From: Podarcis bocagei
Lineage: Eukaryota
DNA length: 64,000 bases
Direction: 5' to 3' (one strand)
Assembly: GCA_964188305.1 (NCBI GenBank)
Contig: OZ076889.1
Positions 12,150-25,100 of this stretch are shown one piece after another (position 1 is the stretch's first letter; the number at the start of each line of letters is the position of its first letter). The notes under the pieces were generated by a model. That model was given only the letters and a program-made list of their open reading frames with translations. It did not search any database and was not told the origin of the DNA. Made by a program: the position numbers and the translations under genes.

Positions 12150-12390
12150 CCCAGCTGAGAGGTGCCGGAACAGGGAGGGTGCCAGTCTGACCTCAAGTGG
12201 GGCAGAGTTCCACAAAATTGGACTCACAATACTTAATGCCTGGCTCCTCATGGGTATGAGCTGTGCATCTTCTGAGCCATGAGGGAACACTATCAGTGAC
12301 TCCTCCCAACGATCTCAGTGACTATCCTGAGGTACCATGGAACCAAGAGCCTTGTCACTTAATACAAGTACCTTGAATGTGGCCTGCAAA
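12150..12390 (-). mobile_element. L2 LINE 3' fragment
   Basis: Translation RSQALSIVSPILWNSAPLEVRLAPSLF resembles the L2 ORF2 C-terminal RAFSxxAPxLWNxLP motif. Confidence 0.65.
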
Positions 12391-12586
12391 GTCGCACTCC
12401 AGCCTGCAGAAACACTTGGGGGGCAAAGCAGGATCTGTGAGGGGTGTAGCCTGGGGAGAGTTTGGAGAACCAGAGAAACCTCACAGTCTACATTTGGACC
12501 TTGGGCTTGAAGTTCCCCAGGCCTAGTTTAGTGGGAAAGAGCTCCTTCTTGGTTAGTGGAGCTCTATTCCCCCCTCGGTTTATTGC

Positions 12587-12662
12587 ATAGTTGTCAACTG
12601 TGAGGAATCCTATTTGGAATAAGGGAATTTCCCTTTAAAAAAGGGAAACATTGACAGCTATG
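12587..12662. mobile_element. Tiny TIR element (CATAG[T/C]TGTCAA termini); second copy at ~62826-62911
   Basis: Inverted ends catagttgtcaac / ttgacagctatg. Shares the interior gaggaatcctatt.ggaataagggaattt with the second copy. Confidence 0.7.
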
Positions 12663-13884
12663 GGTTATTGGCTCTAAAAGTTATCTGTGTGAAGCGACTG
12701 ACATTTCAGAACAATGCACTGCAAGATTGTTAATTCCCCTCCACTATATGAAACATGTTCCCTAGTTAGGCATCCCTAAAATATATTTTAGAAAAGCTGC
12801 AGAAGCCTTTCAAGATGGGTACATGGTCCTGAGGGAATAACATACCCAGTGCATTTTGTGTTTTCGATGTTCCTCACAGCCCTTCACAGATATTTCCGTT
12901 TCCCACCACCACGCACACACGCACCCACCCCTACAATGGGCTCTGTTTTCTCTCTGCTCCTCTCTGTGGCCTTGGCCTGCCTGGCAGCTGCCTCCCAGTC
13001 GCAGGATGTCAGACGGGAGCTGAGCTGAGCAGGCCGCATGGTTAGCCTGGGTGGATGTGGTGACAGATGGCCAGACAATGGAGCTCAGCAGGGCCTTTCC
13101 CATAAGTGACTGGTGCTTGCCCATTAGCTTCTTTTCAGTCATTTAGCTCTGAATTAAAGCTGTGGTGCTTGGGAGGCCTCTTGTGTTTTTGATCTTTTGC
13201 TCCCTCTTGTCTGCGCTGCCTGCCTTTCATCAGCCTGGTAGACTCCTGAGTGGTACTTGAAGGAATTTGCTCTTTCGTGGGGGACTTCTGAGCTGCTTTC
13301 ATCCACATTCGGGAAGGGGAGGGGAGCACTGGCTCAGATGCTTTGCCTTCCCTTCCTTTCAAATGCGGTTCTGGACACACAGGGCATCCTGCTTTCTTGG
13401 CCGGTGATGGGACCCCTCTCTGCTCTCTCTCCCTAATGAGATAATTCCTGCCCAAGGCCACCTGATTGTCTCTTCCACAGAATTTACGGATGAGGGCTTC
13501 CCTGATGCTCTCTCCCAGCTTTTTGACTAGTGTGCCTTTTGAAGGCAAGGGAGAAGTAGCTCTCAGTCAGAGGGGCAGTCAGTAGGGAATCTGGAACATG
13601 GTGATTTATGGCCAAATCACTGGAAACTGATGGGGAAGTAGTGGCATACCTGACAAAGGTGACATACCCTCCAACATGCCTCAAATGAAAATAGGGACAA
13701 TTCTCACTTCCACATCAACTGAACCTCCTCAAACTCCACCCCCCCCCATTTTTTGTCTCCCAACCCACCCACAGAGCATTTCCTATCAGAAGAAGGGTGA
13801 CCCTCCATTAGATTTTAACCCTTGCTAGATCCAGGAATTAGAAGGGACTCAGGCATACAGCCTAGCCCCACCCCCAATTTACAA

Positions 13885-13929
<45 letters not shown>

Positions 13930-13930
13930 T
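13885..13930. repeat. (CTGC)n microsatellite
   Basis: Tandem CTGC. Confidence 0.95.
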
Positions 13931-14678
13931 GTCTCTAATCCACCAGGAATCCCTGGATTCACCCATCCCATTTCTCATACCAATAGGTTTCACCAGGGTG
14001 TTCAAAATGTTCTGTACTTTTAAGACAGAGGTGTTTGCTGGGCCAAGTATGAAGTGCGTTACTGTGTACAAAATACATGTTTGTCCCATATGAGAGAACT
14101 GGATACAAGTCAGGGCAAAAATAATTGCTTTGGGTCACAAGGGTGGTAACAGTGGGAACTGGCAAGTGCTGCTGTGTGGAACCTGAGCTGACTGCCATTG
14201 ACCTGTTACCACCACAAGCCTGCAAACGTTCCTGCAGCCTCTTTCAGTTCCACAGATCAGTGTCCATGGGAAATTTGCATGATTGTGGATGTCAGTCAAG
14301 CCAGTTGTCCCGTTCCACACCTTTGCTGATCTCTGTGCATGTGGTAGAGAGCAAGCTTTTGGGTTTTTTTATTCTGAGGGAGAAGCAGTGGCTCCCCGCT
14401 TCTGGAATGCTATTCCCAGGGAGTTACATTTAGCACTGTCATGATCTACTTTTAGGCACCAGACAAAAACATTTCTATTTAACCGGACCTTTGGCTCTTA
14501 GTTTGTAGTGTTTCTAGGTATGTGCAACTTCTTTCAGCGGGTGGAATGTGCCTTTTATATGTATAAATGTGGTTTTGACTTTTTCTTCTTGGTTTTTCTT
14601 TATTAATTGGTTTTAATATTTGCATTATTTTGTAATTTACTTTGTAAATTATATTTGCTATATTTTGTAAAGAAAAGC

Positions 14679-14679
14679 A

Positions 14680-14726
<47 letters not shown>

Positions 14727-14835
14727 TAGAGATAGATAGATGATAGATAGATATTTAGATGGATATTTAGATATTTAGATATTTAGATATTTAGATGGAT
14801 AGATAGATGATAGATAGATGATAGAGATAGATAGA
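14679..14835. repeat. Compound (GATA)n / (GATATTTA)n repeat
   Basis: Tandem GATA with embedded GATATTTA units. Confidence 0.95.
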
Positions 14836-16575
14836 TGTGCAAAGCATGGGAAATAAACAAGATGAGCTTGAGCTCTTGGTACAGCAAACTAAATATGACA
14901 TAATAGGCATCACTGAAACCTGGTGGGATAAGTCCCACGATTGGAATGTAATCTATTTCAGAGAAACAGACCAAACAAGAAAGGAGGAGGAGTGGCGTTA
15001 TATGTCAGGGATGTGTATACCTGTGAAGAGATCCAAGATTTAGAACCTCAAAGCCAAAGTGAGAGCATTTGGGTCAAAATTAAGGGAGAGGAGAATAACA
15101 GTGATCTCATTGTGGGAGTTTACTATAGATCCCCAAGCCAAACAGAGGACATAGATGATGCCTTCCTGGAACAGATGGCCAAGCATGCAAAAGGAAGGGA
15201 GATAGTAGTAATGGGGGACTTCAACTACCCGGATATTTGTTGGATGTCAAACTCAGCCAAGAGCATAAGGTCAAACAGATTCCTCACTGGCCTTGCAGAC
15301 AACTTCATTGTCCAGAAAGTGGGAGAAGCAACAAGAGGAACAGCCATTTTAGATCTGGTCCTAACCAATGTTGATGACCTGGTTAGTGGGGTAGAAGTGG
15401 AAGGATCATTAGGCGCGAGTGATCATGCTCTTCGGAAGTTTACTATACAGTGAAAAGGAGCAGCCAAGCATACTAGGACTCAATTTCTTGACTTTAAGAA
15501 AGCCGACTTCATAAAACTTAGGGAAGTGCTGGGTGAGATCCCATGGACAGTAATACTAAAAGGAAAGGAAGTTCATGATGGCTGGGAGTTTGTTAAGAGG
15601 GAGATAGTAAAAGCACAACTTCAGGCAATACCAATGAGACGGAAACATGGAAGGTGCCTAAAGAAGCCAGGGTGGCTATCTAAAGAACTTTTAACTAAGA
15701 TTAAAAAAGGATGTGTACAAAAAATGGAAAAGGGGGGAAACCACCAAAGAGGAATTCAAACAAATAGCCAGCACATGTAGACACAAAGTCAGAAAAGCTA
15801 AAGCACAGAATGAACTCAGGCTTGCTAGAGAGGTTAAAAGCAACAAAAAAGGCTTTTATGGGTATGTTCGTAGCAAAAGGAAGAACAAAGAAACAGTGGG
15901 GTCACTCAGAGGAGAAGATGGTGAAATGCAAACAGGGGACACAGAAAGGGCTGAACTCCTCAATGCCTTCTTTGCCTCAGTCTTCTCCGATAAGGAAAAC
16001 AATGCCCGACCTGAAGAATTTGGAGCAAATGATTCAGCAGAGCAAACACAGCCCAGAATAACTAAGGAGATAGTACAAGAATACTTGGCTAGTTTAGATG
16101 TATTCGAGTCTCCAGGGCCAGACGAACTGCATCCAAGAGTATTAAAAGAACTGGCAGATGTGATCTCAGAACCACTGGCAGTCATCTGGAAACGATGCCT
16201 TATGAGGAACGGCTAAGGGAGCTGGGCATGTTTAGCCTGCAGAAGAGGAGGTTAAGGGGTGATATGATAGCCATGTTCAAATATATAAAAGGATGTCACA
16301 TAGAGGAGGGAGAAATGTTGTTTTCTGCTGCTCCAGAGAAGCGGACACGGAGCAATGGATTCAAACTACAAGAAAGAAGATTCCACCTAAACATTAGGAA
16401 GAACTTCCTGACAGTAAGAGCTGTTCGACAGTGGAATTTGCTGCCAAGGAGTGTGGTGGAGTCTCCTTCTTTGGAGGTCTTTAAGCAGAGGCTTGACAAC
16501 CATATGTCAGGAGTGCTCTGATGGTGTTTCCTGCTTGGCAGGGGGTTGGACTCGATGGCCCTTGTGGTCTCTTCC
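14836..16575 (+). mobile_element. CR1 LINE ORF2 remnant (APE endonuclease + linker + C-terminus + 3'UTR) lacking the RT domain
   Basis: APE motifs QSMGNKQDELE, IIGITETWW, GGGVALYV, VMGDFNYPDI, ILDLVLTN and GASDH are present, followed by [26 protein letters not shown] fused to [22 protein letters not shown]...FKQRLD. It has frameshifts and a premature TGA at 15451. The 3'UTR runs into the gap. Confidence 0.93.
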
Positions 16576-16705
16576 NNNNNNNNNNNNNNNNNNNNNNNNN
16601 NNNNNNNNNNNNNNNNNNNNNNNNNNNNNNNNNNNNNNNNNNNNNNNNNNNNNNNNNNNNNNNNNNNNNNNNNNNNNNNNNNNNNNNNNNNNNNNNNNNN
16701 NNNNN
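16576..16705. other. Assembly gap (130 N)
   Basis: Run of N. Confidence 1.
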
Positions 16706-17121
16706 GGCTGCTATCGTGTTCCTTTTCTCTGCCTCTCTGTCAAGCTCTTTATAAGAAACCTGCTTCTGCAACAACAGAGAGTGGGGAGTGTTTTCACTGT
16801 TCCTTTGGGAAGGAGGAGTGTGACAAAAACTTTAAGTAAGTCTATCTGCCACCTCAGAGTTTTGCTTTGTTTCCCAATCTGCCTCCTGGTGTGGCCTGTT
16901 TTGCGGAAACATGTCCCTTTATGTTGGGTTGAAAGACCATCTGTGTGACTTTCTTGCTCAGTATTTTTGCCAGCTGATCAACAGCTGCTGAAAAGCTTTG
17001 CCTTAGAAGGGGATTTTGGAGCACCAGTGCCACCCGGAGGAAAGTTACGGTATCTTATCTGGAAGTAATGTGTACTGCATTGCTAAAAGCAGCCCGCTTC
17101 TGAGAAGGTATCTATGCATGC

Positions 17122-17350
17122 ATTTTATTTATTTATTGCATTTATATCTCACCTTTTTTCTCTAAAGAGATCAAGGTGGCGTACATGGTTCTCCCCCTCC
17201 TCATTTAATCCCCACAACAACCCTCCGAGGTAGGTTAGGCTGAGAGGCAGTGACTGGCCCAAGGTCACCCAGTGAGTTACATGACCAAGTGGGGAACAGA
17301 ACCCTTGTCTTCCAGGTCCAACACTCTAACCATTACACCACACTGCCTCT
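17122..17350 (-). mobile_element. MIR/CORE-type SINE (Squam3-like)
   Basis: CORE-like ccccacaacaaccct...gaggtaggttaggctgagag...gactggcccaaggtcacccag with an (AAAT)n-type tail on the minus strand. Confidence 0.8.
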
Positions 17351-18814
17351 CCATTTATTTAGGCACTCTGGATCAAATAGAATAGAAGACAGAAAACCTC
17401 TTGGACACCAACTCGTCACAATCCATCTGCACGGGGTATCCATTACATTCCTGCGGGTGGGTTTGTGGCTTTTAGCGAATAATTATGACAAGTGATATGG
17501 GAATGTGCTTTCCACTCTTGCACAGAAAGGACCAGTGAAATGAATTTCCCCCTGAATCAGCATGTGCCAGGAGCAGTGCATTGTCAGAGCCATATTGGTT
17601 GTGAATAAAATGTTTGGATGGAATTTAGCTCCAGAAAACATCACAAAAGGGAGGCATCTTCACGAATTCAGCAGCCTTGTGACACTTGTGTTTGTCTTTG
17701 AGAAGCAAGCTGGCTAGCCAAGCTTCTACTGCCTTCTGCAGAGGACGTTTTAGCAAATTCTAGGTACAATACTGTATTCTAATATATACCATTAAAGGGC
17801 AGGTTCTTAATTCTCTTTACAGGAAGTCAGTCAGTGCTTTCTAATTCACATGTGATCTCTGCAAGGCTTGACCGGTCTTAAAGTCCAAGCGGTAGCATAA
17901 AGCTCTCAGTCAGAGAGGATAAATTAGGTCTTAATACTTTAACTGAGAGTTATTATCCCATTCATATGGAGATGAATCTAAAGCCCTTCTAATACCTGTC
18001 TATGAGCTCAGGGGATTTTTCTGCAGGGACTCAATCCTAGTTTAAAGCAATGAATAAACTACAGTATTGGCTTCGTTCTTAGAATGCCCTTGTTACTAGA
18101 CAACTTACAGTGATCTATTTTCCATCAGTCTTTGTCTATCAATTTGCAGCTATCCAGTGAACCAATTGCTGGGAATTTTCATACATTAGTGCCAACTTAG
18201 GTGCAAATATATGCTTCTAATCCGTGTATACCTGTGAAGTTTTCACATTCTTCCTTTGTCCTGTTTGAACCACCTTTTCATCCATTGGGATGCCTTTTCA
18301 TTAAATTCTCAGACCTACCTGGCTCCACTGCAGAAACCACGGGTGCACACATCACATAGGTGTGTTCACGTGTATGTACAAAAGCCAACATGGGACCTGT
18401 TTTTGAAAGCCACGAGCTATATTTATTTATTTCTACTAGGCTCCAGACGGTTAGGCTGCCCCCTTTTTAGTGGCAGGGGTAGGATATAATCTCACACCAG
18501 TAAATTCAAGTTGCACAGTTATATAGGTGATTGTGCAGCAAACCCACTTTCCCAAAAGGTCAGGTTTTTGTGATAAGAAAAGTGATGGGGGAAATGCAGT
18601 GTGATAAAACATGCTTTGACACATCATCATCATCATCATCTAAACTCCCCACAAATGAATTAGAATGAATGCAATATTAGATAGCTGGTGTAGTTTAATC
18701 TCCCTGAAAGCAAATCAGGATGATTGCTCAACAAACGGTTTGTATGGAAGCACCCTTAGCACCCCATGAGCAAAAGGGTTAGTGCTTAAAGATGTTAGTG
18801 TTTCAAGTTTAAAT

Positions 18815-19180
18815 AACTTAGGCCCCAAATATATGAAAGACCACCTCCTTCTGTACAAACCCCCTCAGATGTTTTGTGGAGAGGGCCTTATTACTCGTTC
18901 CATCACGCTTGGAGACTTGGGACCATGGTGATGCAACAGAGGGTATTTTCTATGGCAGCCTCTAAGTTGTGGAACTCCTTCCCTGCAGGGGTGCATCTCG
19001 CAGCATCATTACACAGCTTCCAGCAAATGCCAAAGACACACCTTGCTATCCTAGTTTTTCCCCACTCCAAGTGTGTATTTTTAGGATCCACCTTGTTGTT
19101 GTGACTGTAAATTGCTTTGAACTGTTTTTCATATTGTGCTTTAATGTTACAACCTCCCTTGAACCTTAGGGGAAGGAGTA
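18815..19180 (+). mobile_element. L2 LINE 3' fragment
   Basis: Translation QRVFSMAASKLWNSFPAGVHLAASLHSFQQMPKTHL. Confidence 0.7.
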
Positions 19181-19221
19181 GGTGGTTATTCTTAGAAATG
19201 AAATGGCCATTACCCTCTTTG

Positions 19222-19500
19222 GAGAGCCTGCTGGATCAGGTCAATGGTCTATTGATCTGCTGACAGGTCTGTTCCAGTATCCTGCTCTCTCACAGTGGCC
19301 AACCAGATGCCTGTGGGAAGCCCATGAGCAGGACCAGACCACAAGAGCAACTCTCCCCCATGTGACTTCCAGAAACTGGTATTCAGAAGCATTACTGCCT
19401 CCAGCCATTAAGGTAGGGAGCATAGTCATCCTGGCTAGTAGTCATTGATACCCTTATCCTCTATTTCTCCAAGGTGGCGAGTCATCACTGCCTCCTGTGG
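19222..19500 (-). mobile_element. Old CR1 3'UTR fragment
   Basis: Similar in reverse to 38720-38925 and 34040-34125 (ggatcagg...cacagtggccaaccagat). Confidence 0.6.
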
Positions 19501-19893
19501 GTTTTTTGAGGATCAGCTCAAAGTTGTGCAGCTTCTTTTGCAAAGGGGAAAAGCCCCCTTTTTTGAGGATCAGCTCAAAGTTGTTGAACTTACTTTGCAA
19601 AGGGAAAAAATCCTGTTTTTATGGGGTTCAACTCAAAGTTCTGCAGCTTCTTTAGGAAAGGAAAGGGAGCAGTTTCTACAGTTTCAAGACAGATAATCTA
19701 ATCAGCCAGTCACATGTCGCTGGGGAAACAAACAGCCTCCGTCTGCAGAACATTCAAAAATGGAGGCCTGGGCAAGGGGGCGGGGCCAGAAAGGGAGCCA
19801 ACAACCGACCACACATTCGCTCCATAAGACGCACAGACATTTCCCCTGACTTTTTAGGAGGAAAAAAGTGTGTCTTATGGAGAGAAAAATACA
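19501..19893. mobile_element. One end of a Tc1/mariner (Tc2/pogo-like) DNA element, with ~58-bp internal tandem repeats
   Basis: Repeated tttttgaggatcagctcaaagttgt. Subterminal ccataagacgcac / gtgtgtcttatgg and terminus aaaaatacag|TA. Confidence 0.6.
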
Positions 19894-22800
19894 GTACTTA
19901 CTTGTGTCTTTCGTGCATCTCCCAAAGTTCAGTTTCTTTATATGTCCACAAGTTCTAGTGTTATGAGAGAGGGAGGAAAAATTCCTCTATCCAATTTCTC
20001 CATGCCTTGCATATTTATTTTTTTTACATTGCCTGACTCGCCTCTTACTCTTTTGTGGTAAACTGAAAAATCCTGAATGCCGCAACCATTCCTCATAGGG
20101 AATTTCACAGGTCCATTTTCCCTGTTGCGGAACACGATAACTAAGGTTGGCGTTTGCTTATGCACTCGTATGAATTTCCGGGGATCTTTCTTTAAAGATT
20201 TCCGTGGGGACCCTGCTGTGCATGCCCAGGAAAAGGCAGTGGAGGGTGGTAGAGAAATGGTTGGATGGAAGGACAAAACAAAAAAACACAGTCTGGATAC
20301 ATCCCATCCAGCTCTGCCCACTGGTGTGGATGTCAAGTGGCAGAATGCCCATGAATGTTGTGTCTGAAAAGGAGCATGTGAATGTTCACGTGTTAGTTGT
20401 GCCAGAAAAACTGGATCTGAAAGACCAGTTTACAGTATAATGCCCTTGTCTGGAAGCACCCTAAGATTATGAGAGGGCAACTACAATGGAAACCCCTAGC
20501 CATGTGCAGTTGAGGTGCATTTTCACAGTACACACACACACACACACACACACTGCATACAACAGTACTATCTTCCTTGATATAAATGCCTGAAAAAGAT
20601 GATACCTTATTATGTGCTGACAACTTAGCCTATGGCAACTTCCAGCCATGAATGCATGAGTGGCCCCTTCAGCGAGATTGGTTACTGTCTGCTCAGATCA
20701 ATCTCTTCTGTCCAGCCAAGTGGGGAAAGGAAATGCTTTTTTGTGTGAATGAACTTCATTAGTGGCTGTTCATACCTTACTGATGGAAAGCCCTGGTGAG
20801 CACAATAGTCTTTCATGCTTGAATAAATACAGCCGCCCCTTGGGTGAGCATTGCTGTCCGCTTAGATCAGGTGTTTTCTTTCTACATGAGCCTCTTGCTC
20901 TCAAAGGATTGCACGTTTTGAATAATGGAAACGATTTTGCATGACCTTATGCTATATCCAGATCTAGCCCTGTGTCTCTAGGTTCAGCTTGCCATATTTT
21001 ACTTGCTCATAGTTCTATGCTATGTCAACAGGTGTTGCATGGGTGGCGGTGGAGGAATAATCTGGTAGTGTGACTGAGGAAATTCTTCTCTCAGCAGCTC
21101 TGAAGGGCACTGAGCCAGAGAAATAGGCAGCAATCCCAGATTTGCCACACAGTAAGCCGAGTTCAGATATATGAAGTACGGTGCCCACTATCCTTAAACA
21201 AGGATATCGGAGAGCTGTCCAGTCCTATTGGCCTAAAGTAATAGCAGGTGTCAGGCAGAGGACTTTCAGAGTCCACACCTGGGAGGCATGCTGTGGATTG
21301 CCTGCGCTCTGCCATTGATACTTTAGGGCTACTCTATAAATTCATTGCACTTCTGGGACGTATGTGGTGTTGAATCTTGCTAGCTGAGGCTTGATGGGCA
21401 ACACTTGTGTGACATGCATGAGAGAAGCTGCCATGAGATCCACATTTGACCCTAAAAAATAAAACATGTGCTGGATCACTGCTGGGGTGCTCTAGGGATG
21501 CCAGATCTACACCCAGAGAGAGCAGTCAGCCTTTGGACCAAGGAGGACCCTGGTGTTTGGTCCATAGCAGGTATGAGAGCGGGTGAAGAGAACCATCTAA
21601 TAACACAAGGTGCAACAGCCATTTAGGCATTGAGTGTTGCAGAGCTTTTAAAGGGAAAGACATCATATCCAGGTGAATGCCCAGCAACCCTACTCTTTTC
21701 CGCCTTCATGGTCTGCGGATTTCGACTGAAAGAGTTTTACCTGATTGGGCAGGAAAAACCTGAACAACCCCAACCCTGGCAGTTTTTCCCTCTGTCTCTT
21801 TTTGCAGTGCCACACATGATACGCCACAAACCACGTCCCCAAGCATCCCTCTTAGCTACGTTTAATTCTGGTGAAAGCTTACTGAAGATCCATGGCCGGG
21901 GCTTGCCTCCGTGTTCGGGCCCAGACTGAGAACGCCGAAGTCAATATTCATCATGGTGGTGGGAAATGGGGGGGAAAAGAGACAGGCAGGTGCATATTCA
22001 TAAAACATGTTTTATTTTCACCTATGTCTATGTTGGAGAGTACAGACTTCTCAACAGAAATGCAGCCCAGGTACTCTTTGGGATTGTTGTCTCTGCCTGG
22101 AACAGATAAGCATGTATGTATCCTCTGCAGGTTGGAATAACATTTTGCTTGACCTGCAAACCACAGAATGGGGGGAGTGAGAGATGGGGCCATGCCGTAC
22201 TACAAGCATTGGGCAACCTTTCTTGGTGGTGTGAGGGGAGCTTTCTTTGCTGTGCTGTATGGATTCAGAAAAGTGCAGTAAAACAGTGGGAAGCCTGCCT
22301 TTGTTTTGCATACGTAAATACATGCACCCCTAATCTTGTTCTTGCCTTGCCCTCCCTCCATTATTTTTTTTAAAGGGGTGGGGGTGGGGATTTCCAGTAA
22401 TCTCCTAAGAAACCATCTGCTGCCAGCCATTCTGTCTAGGCCCCAGACTCGACCGTCATCTCCCTTCCCAAGCATGTTTGCAGCTGCACTGCACATTTGT
22501 CATGCTCATGCATTGCCTAAGGCACCAGGAATGGTGAGCACATACAAAGGTTCCTTTAAAAAAAAGGATCGTGCTGTGTGCAGCTTGAATTCTTCCCACT
22601 GTGCTGACACTCTACATTTGACCTTATCAGTAGGGCAGACAGATTCAGGGCAGATTCACGTTTGACCACTGCAGATCTGACAGCGCAGCTTTTGTCCCCG
22701 AAGTCTCATTCAACTAAAACCCCTCAAGATGCTTATGTGGAATGTTGGTATCTGACCCAGGCGTGGGAGCAGGCAGGCAGGGGAGCCGACAGCAAATGAA

Positions 22801-24914
22801 ACCAGTGGTGGCGATTTGCATATCTTGGTTTAAATAGATGAACCTTCTAAAATAGCCTAACATTCAGGAGCCTTAGAAACCCACAAAGATGGCAATCATT
22901 AATGAGCAAGCCAGAAGGTCAAACTAAATGGGGGAAAGCCTATTTGTTTTCTGCTTGTCTGAAGGAGCGCACTGCATATTATGGCAGTGGGGGGAATTCA
23001 CTCACATTCTCTCTCTCTTTAAACAGCTAGGAAGAGGAATCAAGGGATTCTTTTCAGTTAGGATTAAGCACTTTATGCTGTTTAACAAAAGTAAATACCA
23101 GGCCCAGTGCATGATCCTAAGGAGGACTTCAGTACTCACAACCATAGCGGAGCTATTTCTAGCTGTGTTCCTTATTCTTACCTCCACTAAATATATATAC
23201 TCCTTTGGATGCCCTATCCAGTAAGGGAAGGAAGATATTTCTCTCCTGGCAGCTTAGTGTGGACTCAGAGCATATTTAGATTCTCAGCAGGGACCCTGTG
23301 GCACGTTGCACACAGACAGCAGGCACAAGCAGGTGGTTTGCTGAGAGGCGAGTGGCTCTGGCACCCTGTGGAGAGCAGGCAGAGCCTCCCTTTCAGCAAC
23401 CAGCCTAGAGCTTACAACAGGGAAACCATGTGGGTGGCATCCACTCGTGACTGTGCCAGTTTCGATGGAATAAAAAGGTTGCCTTAGTGATGAGGCGTAG
23501 CAACATCCACCTGTAGGACAGGAGCAAAAAGAGCTCCTTAATTCACTGCTTTGACCAAGAGGGTGCAAGGAGTGACCTGAGCGGTCACAAAATAGGATGG
23601 GGGTCCTGCCACTCTTAAGACTTTGGCCCCCAACCCAGTCCCTGATGGGCACCAGAAGAGGGCAGCTATGAAATCAAAGGCTGAGAAAAGCTCAGAACTA
23701 GTTTGACTAGGATTCAGCACCTTGCCATGCCAGGGTTAGGGTTCATGGTGCAGGAATACCACCAAGCCAGAGCTAAGCGCAGGAGAGATGGGAGGGAGGT
23801 TTGGATCCAGGGCTCCGGGGTGGAAGTCTTACATCTACACTAGACCGTTGATGGGCTTTGAAACAAGTAGTCAATGGTCCAACCGGCAGCTCTCTCATGC
23901 TTACCTACTGCCAGTGAGATCAGGTAATGTTTGGGTTGGTCCCAGTGGCTTTCTTGCACCGGGCCTTTCAGAAATATCTCCTCCCAATGGTGCTAGCTCT
24001 GGGTTTCAGGAATGGGCTACGCTTGGATAAGATTGTCCCTGCTGCCTATTTTGTCTGTTGTCACACAGCCCCCCAGATGGAGAATGCAAGGCACACAGCA
24101 GATACTGCTCCGTCTGCTCCCTCTTCCCATTGCGCATGTGCTCTGAGTGGGCAGGAGAACAGGCAGTGACAGCAAGGGGGAAGAGTGGTAGGGCCAGAAG
24201 GCTCAGAAGGAAGAAATGGTGTGGACCTCAGCAAGTTCCCAACAATGTCAGCTCCTGACAACCAATACTTGCAAGGTTTCCTTCTGCACATTTCCCTGTG
24301 ATCAAGCTAAAAAACACAACAACTCACCCCAATGAATCCTTGTTCATAGCTCAGTATGAGCTGTTCATGTCACACGTGGTGGTGCCTAAAACTCTGGGCT
24401 CCTTGCCTCACACTGCCAAGGGTATTTTCACACGAAGAAGTAAATTTGCCAGGATCAAGCTCAGTGATATGGGGATACACCAGAGTCCTCTGTTCTGCTT
24501 CCTCTTTGGTGGACCAAGGAATCCTGGGAAAGCATCACAGGGGATTACTCTATTAACGAGTATGGGTATTTATGGCTCTTCAAAGAGGAACAGGAGTGAA
24601 AAAGGTTTGCTGAAGCAGATTGTCCATGCAATGACAATCCTACTAGTCCATGTCCCTTTTCCCTAGAAAGGTTCTGGAGGTTAGTCCTGCTACTTGCACA
24701 ACTTAAGCACCAAGCTTTTCTAGCATAACATTAGAGGCTAGGAGGTGTTCTGAACAGGGGTTTAAAAGTGTGGGTACCCACACATGCTAATTCGTACTTG
24801 CACACATGTGCATATTGAAACATAGGCTGCTTCCATCCTCACTTCAACTCATGTTAGCATTCTGTTCACCCATCTCCAGTAGACAAGAACTGGGCATTGG
24901 GCGGCTGCTTAAGA

Positions 24915-25100
24915 GAACATAGGCTTGCATGCAAAAAATCCCAGGTCCAATACCTGGCATCTTTCATTAGCAGATATCAGATACCAGGTTTGGGGGAAAC
25001 CTTTGTCTGTGTCCTTGGGAGAATCCCTGCCGGCCAAAGTGGATAATACTTGGCTAGTTGGACAGATGGTCTTATCCAGCATGAGGCAACTTTGTATGTC
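24915..25100 (+). mobile_element. Old tRNA-derived SINE with a CR1-type tail
   Basis: ttgcatgcaaaaaatcccaggtccaatacctggcatct...gctagttggacagatggtc...aggcaacttt; same family as 47480-47660 and 62560-62690. Confidence 0.65.

Noticed and set aside
16451-16948. ORFs spanning X runs
   Set aside because: Artifacts of the N gap.
19501-19650. ~58-bp direct repeats that might suggest a CRISPR-like array
   Set aside because: Contiguous degenerate tandem units inside a DNA transposon. There are no unique spacers or cas genes, and the context is eukaryotic.
23713-23733. TTCAGCACC, the left half of an RE1/NRSE site
   Set aside because: The right half (GGACAG) is absent.
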